44,270 nt of DNA from a virus (Duplodnaviria; Caudoviricetes): positions 1-44,270 of the IMG/VR virus record IMGVR_UViG_3300037473_000512; one strand, 5' to 3'. The notes under the pieces were generated by a model. The model searched no databases. It saw nothing but the letters and a program-made list of their open reading frames with translations, and was not told the origin of the DNA. A program made the translations under genes and the position numbers. Shown here one piece after another: positions 26,854-36,465 of the stretch. How positions within the stretch are numbered: the stretch's first letter is position 1; each line of letters opens with the position of its first letter.

Positions 26854-27868
26854 CGAGCACCTCGTACATCTGTTTCGTCCTGGCGTCTATCGTATGATGT
26901 TTCATCAGATGATCGTGTCCCCTCTGAGCGATCTCTTCACGATATATCACCCCATCATGATTCAGGAGAAAATCGATCGAATCATCCAATTCGGCTTCAT
27001 CTCTAAAATACATGCAATGCTCTCCGCCGACGAACGGATGCATCTGAATCGCTCCCGAATCCTGGGTCAACATGCAAGATCCGACATACGGGATCTCATA
27101 AAACCGTAGAGTCTTCCCGTTCTCGGCGGCCCCGCGCAGGTTCAGACAGATCTTCGACTTGGCCATGATATCGAAGTACTGACCCTTCTGGATGAAGCCA
27201 CGCATGGTGTTCGGCTCCCTCTCCAGGAAGATGTGGTTGTTCAGGTGACCCCACCGTTTGAGGATATGGTCCACGAACATCGCCCGGTCAGGATGGCTAT
27301 TGTAACCCATGAAGCTGATGTCGTACACTTTCTCCTGCCTGCGATTCTTCACTGGCCAGTAGTGATCGAAGTTGACACTCCAGTTGAAGAGAGAGACACC
27401 GGGCTCACCGTCGTACTCGGGTCGCCAGTTGTCCAAGAAGATGTGTTCGAGGTTCTCGCCGTACCACTTCCTCAGGGTCGGGATGTCATTCATGAACCTG
27501 TCGTGACCCGCCACCACGACGACAGGGATCTTGTAAAATCTAAACGGGAAATTAAGATAGAGCTGGTAAGATTCAAGCCTTTCGTCAAGGAATACCCTTT
27601 CGATATTTCCCTGTTGGACTTCCCAGTATATGCTCATGCGATCGTAATATTTCACTTCGTCATTTCTCGGTGTCCACCCGAGCGTCCTGCGTTCGACACC
27701 CCAATCATGCTCCGGATCTCCGTTGAACACGATCGGCTCGCGGTGTTTATGATGGTACGGATAATCGATGACTCCCTCAGGACCGAATCTCTTCACAAGA
27801 CCCGCAAAAAGCAGATCAAGCGACCAATCCCCACCCGAACGAGGGTCGATGAGAAGTGTCTTCTTCAC
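26846..27868 (-). CDS. Glycosyltransferase (CgeB/Glyco_trans_1_2-like)
   Basis: YDISFMG, MAKSKICLN, LRFYEIPYVGSCMLT, REEIAQRG, HHTIDAR. Confidence 0.8.
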   Translation of the reverse strand: MKKTLLIDPRSGGDWSLDLLFAGLVKRFGPEGVIDYPYHHKHREPIVFNGDPEHDWGVERRTLGWTPRNDEVKYYDRMSIYWEVQQGNIERVFLDERLESYQLYLNFPFRFYKIPVVVVAGHDRFMNDIPTLRKWYGENLEHIFLDNWRPEYDGEPGVSLFNWSVNFDHYWPVKNRRQEKVYDISFMGYNSHPDRAMFVDHILKRWGHLNNHIFLEREPNTMRGFIQKGQYFDIMAKSKICLNLRGAAENGKTLRFYEIPYVGSCMLTQDSGAIQMHPFVGGEHCMYFRDEAELDDSIDFLLNHDGVIYREEIAQRGHDHLMKHHTIDARTKQMYEVLGG

Positions 27869-28425
27869 TTGAACCTCACACCGACAAGTTCGCCCTCATT
27901 TTGCTGCCCGGCCCTCGCGAATGAAGTCACAAAAAGACCCAACGAATCAAGTTGCTCGACCGTCACCGAATTCCTGTGCACCTCGTGACAGTTCCCGTCC
28001 TCCTCACCCTGTGGCCAATCGCCCCACGGACAGCAGTAGACCAACGCCTTGCCGGCGTGATCGATGAGACGCGGAGTGGCGATCTTGAGATCTTCCAACG
28101 TCACGTGCTCTGGACCGTGATCCCAGAAGATGACGTCCCAGTATCCCTTCCGGATATGGCTTGCAGGATCTCGGGCGTCTCCGGCAATGATCGATGCAAC
28201 GTTATATCGACCGAGCCAGATTTCACGCTCAAGATCATCGAGGTTCTTCGGAAAAATCTCGAGTACTCCCAGGGGACCTCCCAGCTCCTTCCCCATATGA
28301 TCGTGCCACCACGGACTGCAATCATGACGCCAACCGATGTAGAGCATGGACTTGCACCCCTGCTCCTTGAGCTGGGGAATCAACCTGCTTTCGAAGTAAT
28401 CAAAGACTCTTTTCGTGTGCGGCAT
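27865..28425 (-). CDS. Putative SAM-dependent methyltransferase-fold protein
   Basis: SMLYIGW, GVLEIF, IIAGDARD, WDVIFWDHGPEHV. Confidence 0.55.
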   Translation of the reverse strand: MPHTKRVFDYFESRLIPQLKEQGCKSMLYIGWRHDCSPWWHDHMGKELGGPLGVLEIFPKNLDDLEREIWLGRYNVASIIAGDARDPASHIRKGYWDVIFWDHGPEHVTLEDLKIATPRLIDHAGKALVYCCPWGDWPQGEEDGNCHEVHRNSVTVEQLDSLGLFVTSFARAGQQNEGELVGVRFK

Positions 28426-28427
28426 TT

Positions 28428-29099
28428 TTATAGACCATCAATCGCAGTAAGAAATCTGTCAAGATGTTCGAGACCGATGTTGGTCTCCCAGGTCCAGTGG
28501 AGAGTGACGGTGATCGGTCCAAAAGAACAGAACGGATTCTCCCTGATCGATACCTCTTCCTTGAGAGCTTCCACAGTTCCCCGCTGCAACATCTCGTCTG
28601 AACGACCATAGTACGGCGGAAAGCTCGGAACCGTGTGGATTCCCTGATCGAAGGAGTACATCGACATTTCGAACTCGCTGCCGGGACCGCAGTGGATATT
28701 CCTGAATCCGGCACGTTTGAGGGCGTTCACGGTCTTCCGATCAAAGACATTGTGAGGCGGGATGTATGAGACGATCTCACGGCCCGACCATTGTTCCAAC
28801 CAGACCTTGTTCTGATGAAGAAGATGAAAGATCTGATCTTCCGTGTGCCAATCTCTGAACTCGTTCGGAAACCTCTCGTCGTGAAGTATCCCGTGTTGGG
28901 CGATCTCGATGCTCGGATGCTCTCCCAACCAGACAAGTTGGTCTTCTGTCACATTCTTCGGGATGACTCCCAAAGTGTAGTATCGAGCATGGGAAAACAT
29001 GACGGCATGGAATTTCTTGAAGTTCTCAAGGTTGTGCCTCCACTGCTCTTCTGGCTTCGTGTAAAGGAAATCATCGACCCTGAACAAGAGCGCTGACAT
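28428..29099 (-). CDS. Polysaccharide deacetylase family protein (CE4/DUF2334-like)
   Basis: FRVDD, LGVIP, EIAQHGILH, YIPPHN, ALKRAGF, VTLH. Confidence 0.8.
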   Translation of the reverse strand: MSALLFRVDDFLYTKPEEQWRHNLENFKKFHAVMFSHARYYTLGVIPKNVTEDQLVWLGEHPSIEIAQHGILHDERFPNEFRDWHTEDQIFHLLHQNKVWLEQWSGREIVSYIPPHNVFDRKTVNALKRAGFRNIHCGPGSEFEMSMYSFDQGIHTVPSFPPYYGRSDEMLQRGTVEALKEEVSIRENPFCSFGPITVTLHWTWETNIGLEHLDRFLTAIDGL

Positions 29100-30087
29100 A
29101 ATCCTGCCACTCCTTCTTGAATCTCTCCAGGGAGTATTCCAACGCGATCTTGCGGTTCTTGGATCCGTAGAAGAACGTGTCCTCTGGAGTTTTCGTGTAA
29201 TTCTTGAGAAAGTAATCGACCATCTCCAGCGTGTGCTGGGGAGAACGGAATTTTCGACTTGACACCGTATCGATCACCCCGCGGTGTTTGAGCTCGAACA
29301 GCAGACCGACATCGTACCCAAAGATCGGAACTCCACTTGCCAACGTCTCCAGCACGGCGTACGAGTTTCCCTCATGGGCCGAGGGATGAACGACAAGATT
29401 GGCAGAAGCAAGCACACGGTACTTATCAATTCCGATGTTCTGGGCAGCTTCATCAAGCAACCAGATATCGGCCTCCAAGTTCTTCTTCAGGATGTCAATG
29501 TGTTCGAATCCCTTGTTAGCCGTGGTAGTAAAGTGAATGACCAACGGACGCAGTCGAACGTGTTTCTCCCCCGAGAGCGCAGGATAGAACTTGTTCGTGT
29601 CGATCCCGTTGTTGATGACCTTCGACGGGAAACCCCACTGCAACCACATCTGGTCCGCGATGAACGCAGAGACCGTCGTCAGTTTCCGTCCCTCTCTGAG
29701 ATATCTGGTCCTGAAATCTTGTTGAACAGCCGCATGGATCGGGAATTCAGGCGCGATCCCCTTCAGTACATCATCGTGGGTAGTGTGTGACCAGTTCCCG
29801 TGTTGATGGGAGATACAGTAGGGAAGGTGGTGCAGGCCATCGGCCCAGAAACTGTCGGCGATCACCACGTCCCTCTCGGAGACCCTCCCCGTCCTAAGCA
29901 ACCATTGGTTAAGGACCTTGGCCTTCTCCCATTCTGGGAGGTGCTGTGAGTTCGGGTCGATCCCCATCGCCTGGGCCACGTCCCACCACGAGTAGTGGAC
30001 GGATCCCGGGAATGCCGAGTGGATGTCCCGATTGAACCTCGGAACTCCTCCACTCGCATCAAGTGGCGTGTACGAGACGGTGATCAC
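29071..30087 (-). CDS. Glycosyltransferase GT4
   Basis: GGVPRF, TTVSAF, VINNGID, VHPSAHEGNSYAVLETLASGVP. Confidence 0.85.
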   Translation of the reverse strand: MITVSYTPLDASGGVPRFNRDIHSAFPGSVHYSWWDVAQAMGIDPNSQHLPEWEKAKVLNQWLLRTGRVSERDVVIADSFWADGLHHLPYCISHQHGNWSHTTHDDVLKGIAPEFPIHAAVQQDFRTRYLREGRKLTTVSAFIADQMWLQWGFPSKVINNGIDTNKFYPALSGEKHVRLRPLVIHFTTTANKGFEHIDILKKNLEADIWLLDEAAQNIGIDKYRVLASANLVVHPSAHEGNSYAVLETLASGVPIFGYDVGLLFELKHRGVIDTVSSRKFRSPQHTLEMVDYFLKNYTKTPEDTFFYGSKNRKIALEYSLERFKKEWQDYVSALVQGR

Positions 30088-30704
30088 GTTCGTTCGGGTT
30101 TCCTGAGGATAGCCTCGATGGCGTACTCTCCGACCGGATGCACATCCGCAGGGAGGGAGTAGTCGTATCCATGATCTAAGACATTGAATTCAACGAACTC
30201 AGCTGATGGAAGTGCCGTCGAGAGGATGTCGTAGAAACTCAGAGTGTCTGGTTCCTCGGAGACATGCGGGAGCCAGAACGTCTCGTGACCGTGCCCACCG
30301 GGACGATCGTGTGGGTTCCACAGGCTGGGTTTCGTCTGCTTCTTCTCGTAAAGATCCCGGTGGGGAACGCAAACGATCAGGTACCCACCCGGCCGGAGGA
30401 TACGCCACCAATTCTGGAGGCCGATGACGGGATCCTTCAGATGTTCTAGCACGTGACTTGCGTATACTGTCTGGTAGCTCTCATCGGGGATCCCGGCCAT
30501 CAGGGTGGCGTCAAACTCTGCCATGTGGTCCCCGCGAGAGCTTCCCTCGTTGGTCCAGAAATTGTCGTAACGGAAAAGCCTATCACCGTTGGGCGGGCAG
30601 AGCGGATCGAGTCCACAGCCGATGTCGATACCAGGCATGACGATGTATTTCTGGTACCAACCGCTCTGGACACGACGTTCGTGCGCCTTCCCCGTCTCAG
30701 CCAT
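30084..30704 (-). CDS. SAM-dependent methyltransferase (type 11)
   Basis: GIDIGCG, VYASHVLEHL, WWRILRPGGYLIVCVP; start placed at MAETGK to avoid a long overlap. Confidence 0.85.
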   Translation of the reverse strand: MAETGKAHERRVQSGWYQKYIVMPGIDIGCGLDPLCPPNGDRLFRYDNFWTNEGSSRGDHMAEFDATLMAGIPDESYQTVYASHVLEHLKDPVIGLQNWWRILRPGGYLIVCVPHRDLYEKKQTKPSLWNPHDRPGGHGHETFWLPHVSEEPDTLSFYDILSTALPSAEFVEFNVLDHGYDYSLPADVHPVGEYAIEAILRKPERT

Positions 30705-31485
30705 CTCTGTTCCTCTTGACAATCTCTTTGTCAGAATCGGATTCGGGAAGTTCCCTCTTGAGCCAAGTACTCTGATCGTACCCTGCATGCACCATCATCC
30801 CTGGAAAGACAAGGTTCGTCCGACCCGTCCTGCAGACAGAATTCTCGTGATTCCTGACAAACCACCAGTCCACTCCGGAACCCATCCCGTCATTTGGCTT
30901 GGCGCGCACCCTTCCGGTCTCGGGATCGAATCGTGGGATGGGATACATGCTCATCCAGTATTCCCTCCTCCCGAACATGTTGGCCGCCCTGATCCAATTT
31001 TTGAGCTGCATTCCGCCATTAAGCTCGTATCTCACGGGATGCTCAATACACTCGATCCCAGAGGCAAAACCGAGGTTGTACGGTTTCTCCAACAGCATGA
31101 AGAACTTGGCCATCTTCGGAAGCCAGTCCTTCGAAACCAAAATATCATCCTGGATGTAACAGACGAACGGGGCGACCTTCGAGGGATCACCGTGGGTCGG
31201 ATGTTCGAACCACTGGTTGAGAGCCTGGATGTGCGAAAGAGCCTGATTGATCGACGGTCCCAACCCCATGTTCTCTGGATGAACAAGCATATGCGGCATT
31301 TGTAGTCCGACAACATCAACTACATACGCTACAGATTTCATATCTTCAGGAACAAAAACTCCATCAAAGACAATTGTCAAACGAAAATCTTTTTCGTTTG
31401 TGTTTTCCTTAAGGGCTCTAAGTGTATCCCTTAAAAGTTCAGGTCGATCTTTCGTAGTGATGAATATATCGGCAATCAGAGACAT
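30697..31485 (-). CDS. Glycosyltransferase GT2 (GT-A fold)
   Basis: IFITTKDRPELLRDTL, IVFDG, ENMGLGPSINQAL, YIQDDI; TAATG coupling at 31485. Confidence 0.8.
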   Translation of the reverse strand: MSLIADIFITTKDRPELLRDTLRALKENTNEKDFRLTIVFDGVFVPEDMKSVAYVVDVVGLQMPHMLVHPENMGLGPSINQALSHIQALNQWFEHPTHGDPSKVAPFVCYIQDDILVSKDWLPKMAKFFMLLEKPYNLGFASGIECIEHPVRYELNGGMQLKNWIRAANMFGRREYWMSMYPIPRFDPETGRVRAKPNDGMGSGVDWWFVRNHENSVCRTGRTNLVFPGMMVHAGYDQSTWLKRELPESDSDKEIVKRNRDG

Positions 31486-31673
31486 TAAAGAAGCTCTACT
31501 TCCCAACTTTCAGGAATTCCTGGTTGCTTTTCGAAAATTTGCGTCAACAAAAAATCGACCAAATAATGGTAACCAAGATTTTCAAGTGCTACACGAGCCT
31601 GTTCATCTAGTGGCATGGGATCTTGCCAAAGATATGGAGGAAAAGGAAGACGTTGATTAACACGAAATCTCAT
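31485..31673 (-). CDS. Hypothetical protein (62 aa) in AT-rich island
   Basis: ATGA and TAATG overlaps on both sides. Confidence 0.55.
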   Translation of the reverse strand: MRFRVNQRLPFPPYLWQDPMPLDEQARVALENLGYHYLVDFLLTQIFEKQPGIPESWEVELL

Positions 31674-32215
31674 TTTTTTAACCGTTTCAGATTATCTTCT
31701 TCCCACAATGGTCGAAGATTTGAAAGAGCATTCACCTCAGAAGGTGACGCATTCGATGGGAAAGTGTTAATTTGCCGAATGTGATCAATGTGCCATCCAC
31801 CTCTTCCATGGTTTTCCCACGTCATTCCTTGAGAAAATTGAGATTGAAGATGATCCTTCAATTCTTTCGAAGAATATCCCAAAACGTCATCTCTTGTCTC
31901 AAGATCATCTCTTCTATAAAAAGCTCTATTCAAGAAGCTCCTCATGGCCTTAACTGTTACTACCTTAGCTGCTTGAGCTACTTGATCGGGATTTTTATTC
32001 GGAGAAATTCGACCCTTAAGTTTCTTAGAAATTTTCTTTCCGCTGTTCGAAAGTCTTTCATCTTTATCGGCAGATAGTCCCTTATTCCAAGGAATTCTTC
32101 CCTTCAAGGAATCAGAATTTTTCTTCCGAGCTGAATCAGTAGAGTTCCAGTGGTATCTTACCCACCCATTCTTTGTTTCAGCTTCTAATCCACATCCGCA
32201 ATTGCAGAGAGCCAT
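31670..32215 (-). mobile_element. NUMOD3-like + HNH putative homing endonuclease gene, AT-rich
   Basis: CNCGCG, repeated LKGRIPWNKG/LKGRISPNK, GMTWENHG..WHIDHI...NLRPLWEEDN; low GC. Confidence 0.8.
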
Positions 32216-35200
32216 TTTTTCATAACTGCAGGATTGGTTCTTTCAAGTTTGAATGTTGGAACTTTTCCATGCTCTCCACCTTGATGCTGCAGTTCCTTTG
32301 CTTTTTTCAAAACATCTTCTTCTGTTACAACATCGGGAAATCTAGGTCTCGGAGCATCGTCGTTATAAAGACGTGACCAAGTCTTATCCCAAAAATCTCG
32401 GAAATTTTCGATCTTACGTTTTAAATTAGCCCATGAATAGTGATAAACACATGGAAGTCTATTGAAGATCTTATTCATTTCTTCGCCATATTTGGTAGGA
32501 TTCATTCGACGAAGATTTTCAAGATCCTGTGTATAGAATCCCTTATGAGAAATGTATTCTCCCGTCATAATATCAATCATTTCGCAACCATCCGACATGC
32601 CACGCTTAGAGTAAGTCTTCCCGGTCTTCTCATTGATCAGCCTGGCATCCTTGTTGATGCCGTGGGTGATCCTGAAATCGTTCCTGCTCAGGCGCCACTT
32701 CCACGAGTGGCGGTCGGTCCTGATGTCGCCATCCTTGCCCCAGAGTTCCACGACCGGGAGATGAACCAACGAGCAGTCGGACGGGAAGCGTTTGACAAGC
32801 TTCCGGACCTTCTCGTAATCGTCCTCGTGGACGACCTCGTCGGCGTCCTGCTGCCAGAGAAAATCTCCCGAGCACATGGCACGGGCAAAGGCCTTCTGCA
32901 TGCCGTCCATGCCCGGCTCTTCATAGTCCCATTTCCGTTCGATCAGGTTGATCTTGTCAGATAGGGCCCGGATCTTCTCCTGACTCCCATCGGTCGAACC
33001 ACCGTCGATGACCACCACCTCATCGCAGAATCCCAGCATCGAGCTGATGCTCTCGAGGTACGGGAAACCATGAAGCTCTGGATTCAGAACGTGGGTGTAC
33101 CCACTGATCTTTGGACGATGCTCTTCGTATCGATCCATGAAAAGATCACTATCAAGAGCAAAAGGAAGCGGGCTTTTTTGATCAAGTGCATCAAGAGCCC
33201 ACCTCACAATTTCTTTCGGAGCTATCTCGTTGATGCAAGGATGGTCCTTGTCGACTGAGCATTGGTACTTGTAACACGCCCGATCACACCCGTAACGATC
33301 AGGAGTATCCAAAAGAACGGCCAGATTCTTTTTCTGGACAGGACCCGTTGAGGTCGAGTATGAGCTCCCGTAAAGAGAAACCTGGGGAACTTCGAAAGCG
33401 GCCGCCAGGTGACTGGTGATCGTATCGATCCCCACGACCAACGCGGCACCCTCGACAACTTTGGCCAGCTGGTTATAGGTCGTCTTTCCACGGAAGTCAC
33501 AGACGCCCTTGTAGAGCGGATCGTCGTTGGTTCCGACCTGGACGACCGGCAATCCAGAGAGCCTGCTCAGGTTGTCGACAACCTCCTGCCAGTGGAGATA
33601 GTTTCGGGCCTCCCACTGTCCCTTTCCCGATCCCGGGTTCAGGACGATGTACTTCTCCGGGAGACCCTCGACAGATTCCGTTTTGATGAAGTAATCTCCG
33701 AACTCCACGTCACACAGGTGGGCCATCTCGGATCCGAGGAGCCGACCCTTGCCACGCCGGATCCAGTTGGCGGTCGTCGTCTGGATGGAAAGGTTCGGAG
33801 TGTAGACCTCATCGAAGAGCTCCTCGAGAAGAGGAACGTCCTGCATCCACGGGGCCCAGCCGATGATGTGGTCGATATCGGGATTGTCCTGCAGGATCGC
33901 GCTGTACTTCGGATCCGTCGCAAAGAAGATGGCGTGGTCCTTGTACTTCTTTCGTAGGGAGTTGACCACCGCCGACGAGATGAAGACATCACCACCTGAC
34001 ATCGGCATGGTGTAGAGGAGACGCTTCCTCGTAGGTTCCACCGCCTCAAGTTGGGAACGTACCTGGGTGAGCAGGTCATCCTTGGTCCCCTGGACACTCT
34101 GGTTCAGGAACGAAGCGATCGTGTTCACGAAGTGGAAGGACACTCGACGAAGATCAAACTTCTCCGTCACATACGACGAGAGCTCAGCGGCCCATTCCCG
34201 CGGCTTGTCGTAGCTGAGGAAGACCTTTCGAAGCTTGTTCTTGAAATCTGCCTCTTTCGGGTTGGCCCAGAACGAGCCCTGCTCGATCACTCCGTTCCAG
34301 ACTGAAGATGCCGGAACCTCAGCGAGATCGTAGTCGATCGGGACGAACCTGTTCTTACCGTCGATCCTGAGGAAATCGAGATGTCCCGACCAGTTGGTCG
34401 CCAGCACCGGAACGCCACAGGCAGCCGCCTCGATCAACGGAAGCCCGAAGCCCTCACCGTGAGTGAGGGTCACAAAACACTTGACCCGTGGATGCTTGTA
34501 GAGGAGGGACAGGTCCTCGTCGGACAGGCGTCCGTGGATGAGGTGGATCCGGGGAAACTCACCGACTCCGATGGACTTCTTGATCGTCTCGATCTTCATC
34601 CTGGTCGTCTCGAAGTCCATGAGGGACCCGCCGACGAGGGCAGTCTTCAGGACGAGCCCGACCTTCCTGTCTCCCTTGAACTCCTCGCAGAACCACTTGA
34701 TCAGGTTACCCAGGTTCTTGCGATCCTCGCCCAGCGGCTTGTCCATCCCGAGTCCAACGTACAGGAAGTTGAACTCCGCGTCGAACTGAAACCTCTCCAT
34801 GCCAAGAGAAGTCCCCAGACCGTTGAAAAACGTCGTGTCCACACCCTCTGGACAGACAACCATCGGCTTCTCAAGTTTCAGCACCTCACCGGTCTTCCGA
34901 TCGGCGTAGCTTGTCTTTTGGAAGACGTCAGCCGAGTGCTGGGAGGGAACGATGAGGAGATCGACATTCCCGTTGACCTTCTTCAACCATTCGGGAGAGA
35001 CACGATCTACCTCGATGCCGGCCGTGACCCCGATGTTGATCGGGGCGATCTTCTCGAACTCGTTTGGGATCGACACCTGCACAGAGATGTCGTACCTGGC
35101 CTGTCCCTGGGCCGCGGCGAGCTCGTGCTTGTAGGAAAGCTCCCGGATCTGGGCAAGGAACGGTTCGTCCTGCATGAGGAACGGAGTGGCTCCCCAGGCG

Positions 35201-35325
35201 GTCGGTATGACTGATATGTCGTACGACTGGGAAGCCAGGAGCGCCTTGAGGAGCTGCCTGGCGTGGGTACCGTATCCCGATGCAGTGAGGACAGGTCCCC
35301 TGAAGATCAGTTTGGGCTGGTTCAT
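32185..35325 (-). CDS. Tri-modular glycosyltransferase GT4 + GT9-like + GT2 (1046 aa)
   Basis: N: SGYGTHAR...THGEGFGLPLIEAAACGVPV; middle: GGDVFISSAVV, YIVLNPG, VVGIDTITSHLAAAF; C: CDEVVVIDGGSTDGS, WQQDADEVV. Confidence 0.85.
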   Translation of the reverse strand: MNQPKLIFRGPVLTASGYGTHARQLLKALLASQSYDISVIPTAWGATPFLMQDEPFLAQIRELSYKHELAAAQGQARYDISVQVSIPNEFEKIAPINIGVTAGIEVDRVSPEWLKKVNGNVDLLIVPSQHSADVFQKTSYADRKTGEVLKLEKPMVVCPEGVDTTFFNGLGTSLGMERFQFDAEFNFLYVGLGMDKPLGEDRKNLGNLIKWFCEEFKGDRKVGLVLKTALVGGSLMDFETTRMKIETIKKSIGVGEFPRIHLIHGRLSDEDLSLLYKHPRVKCFVTLTHGEGFGLPLIEAAACGVPVLATNWSGHLDFLRIDGKNRFVPIDYDLAEVPASSVWNGVIEQGSFWANPKEADFKNKLRKVFLSYDKPREWAAELSSYVTEKFDLRRVSFHFVNTIASFLNQSVQGTKDDLLTQVRSQLEAVEPTRKRLLYTMPMSGGDVFISSAVVNSLRKKYKDHAIFFATDPKYSAILQDNPDIDHIIGWAPWMQDVPLLEELFDEVYTPNLSIQTTTANWIRRGKGRLLGSEMAHLCDVEFGDYFIKTESVEGLPEKYIVLNPGSGKGQWEARNYLHWQEVVDNLSRLSGLPVVQVGTNDDPLYKGVCDFRGKTTYNQLAKVVEGAALVVGIDTITSHLAAAFEVPQVSLYGSSYSTSTGPVQKKNLAVLLDTPDRYGCDRACYKYQCSVDKDHPCINEIAPKEIVRWALDALDQKSPLPFALDSDLFMDRYEEHRPKISGYTHVLNPELHGFPYLESISSMLGFCDEVVVIDGGSTDGSQEKIRALSDKINLIERKWDYEEPGMDGMQKAFARAMCSGDFLWQQDADEVVHEDDYEKVRKLVKRFPSDCSLVHLPVVELWGKDGDIRTDRHSWKWRLSRNDFRITHGINKDARLINEKTGKTYSKRGMSDGCEMIDIMTGEYISHKGFYTQDLENLRRMNPTKYGEEMNKIFNRLPCVYHYSWANLKRKIENFRDFWDKTWSRLYNDDAPRPRFPDVVTEEDVLKKAKELQHQGGEHGKVPTFKLERTNPAVMKKWLSAIADVD

Positions 35326-35334
35326 GTCTTTCCC

Positions 35335-36288
35335 TTATGGGAGGATGATCGAAGAGGGGGAGAACTTGCGCTCGTACGAATCGAGGATCTCAAGACCCTC
35401 TCTGAGGCAAACCATTGGTTTCCATCCGAGCTCTTCCCTTGCCCGAGTGGAATCTGCGAGGGTCACCAAGGCCTCGCCCTGGCGATCGTCGATGTGAACG
35501 ATCGAGCCCTCGTCCTCTCCCAGGACGATCTGGGCGATCTCGTTGATGCTATAGTTCGTGCCCGTCCCGATGTTCAGGACTCCGTGCACGTCCCTGTTGA
35601 CGGCCGCCATGAGGTTGGCCCGTACGACATCCGAGACGAACGTGAAATCGCGGCGCTTCTCTCCGGTGCCTACCACGGTGAGTGGCTGGTGGAGACGCTT
35701 CTGGCGACGGAAGATGGCGATGACCGTGGCATACGATCCCTCTTCCTGGTGGCGCGGGCCATACACGTTGAAGTACCTGAGTGAGACGGTCGAGAGACCG
35801 TACATCTTCCTGTACAATTCCATCATCTCCTCGCCAACCTTCTTGGACAGCGAGTAGGGATTCAGGCAATCCGTCGGCATGCCCTCGACCAACGGCGGAG
35901 TGTTCTTCAGGCCGTAGGCCGAGGAGCTGGCCGAGTACACGACCCGCTTCACCCCGTTCTGTCTGCAGGCCTCCAGGACGTTCCCGGTCCCGATGATGTT
36001 CTGGCTCCATGCCAACACTGGATCCGTGATCGAGGGCTGGATGCGACTCATGGCGGCCAGGTGAAAGACCCAGTCCTTGTGATCACAGACCCGGCGGACC
36101 AGATCGAAGTCTCGGATGTCTCCGCGGATTACCTCAAGCTTCGGGTTCTTCTTCCAACGTTCGAGGTTCTGTGGTCTACCTTCCGAGAAGTTGTCGACGA
36201 CAGTAACCTCGAAACCCTGGGTCATGAGTTCATCTACGAGGTTGGATCCAATGAATCCTGCACCTCCAAAAACGACGACGGCCATCAC
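35335..36288 (-). CDS. NAD-dependent nucleotide-sugar epimerase (UDP-Glc/GlcNAc 4-epimerase-like)
   Basis: GGAGFIGS, VFHLAA, YSASSSAYG, PYSLSK, LRYFNVYGP, RDFTFVSDV. Confidence 0.88.
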   Translation of the reverse strand: MMAVVVFGGAGFIGSNLVDELMTQGFEVTVVDNFSEGRPQNLERWKKNPKLEVIRGDIRDFDLVRRVCDHKDWVFHLAAMSRIQPSITDPVLAWSQNIIGTGNVLEACRQNGVKRVVYSASSSAYGLKNTPPLVEGMPTDCLNPYSLSKKVGEEMMELYRKMYGLSTVSLRYFNVYGPRHQEEGSYATVIAIFRRQKRLHQPLTVVGTGEKRRDFTFVSDVVRANLMAAVNRDVHGVLNIGTGTNYSINEIAQIVLGEDEGSIVHIDDRQGEALVTLADSTRAREELGWKPMVCLREGLEILDSYERKFSPSSIILP

Positions 36289-36455
36289 TTCACCTCAACG
36301 AAGTGACGAGGAATAAAATCATTTGAACCGTAAACCTTAATCCCGGGAAGATCCTGCTCATCTTCTCTAGCCAAACGAAATTTCTTACCATCGTTGGTAA
36401 GCAAGGTTCCATCTGGAAATTCTACAGCTGTCCAATTTGTATTTTTTTCAAACAT
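36285..36455 (-). CDS. Hypothetical protein (56 aa, AT-rich)
   Basis: Start moved to MFEKNT with GAGGA upstream; ATGA overlap with epimerase. Confidence 0.5.
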   Translation of the reverse strand: MFEKNTNWTAVEFPDGTLLTNDGKKFRLAREDEQDLPGIKVYGSNDFIPRHFVEVK

Positions 36456-36465
36456 TTCCTGTTCC

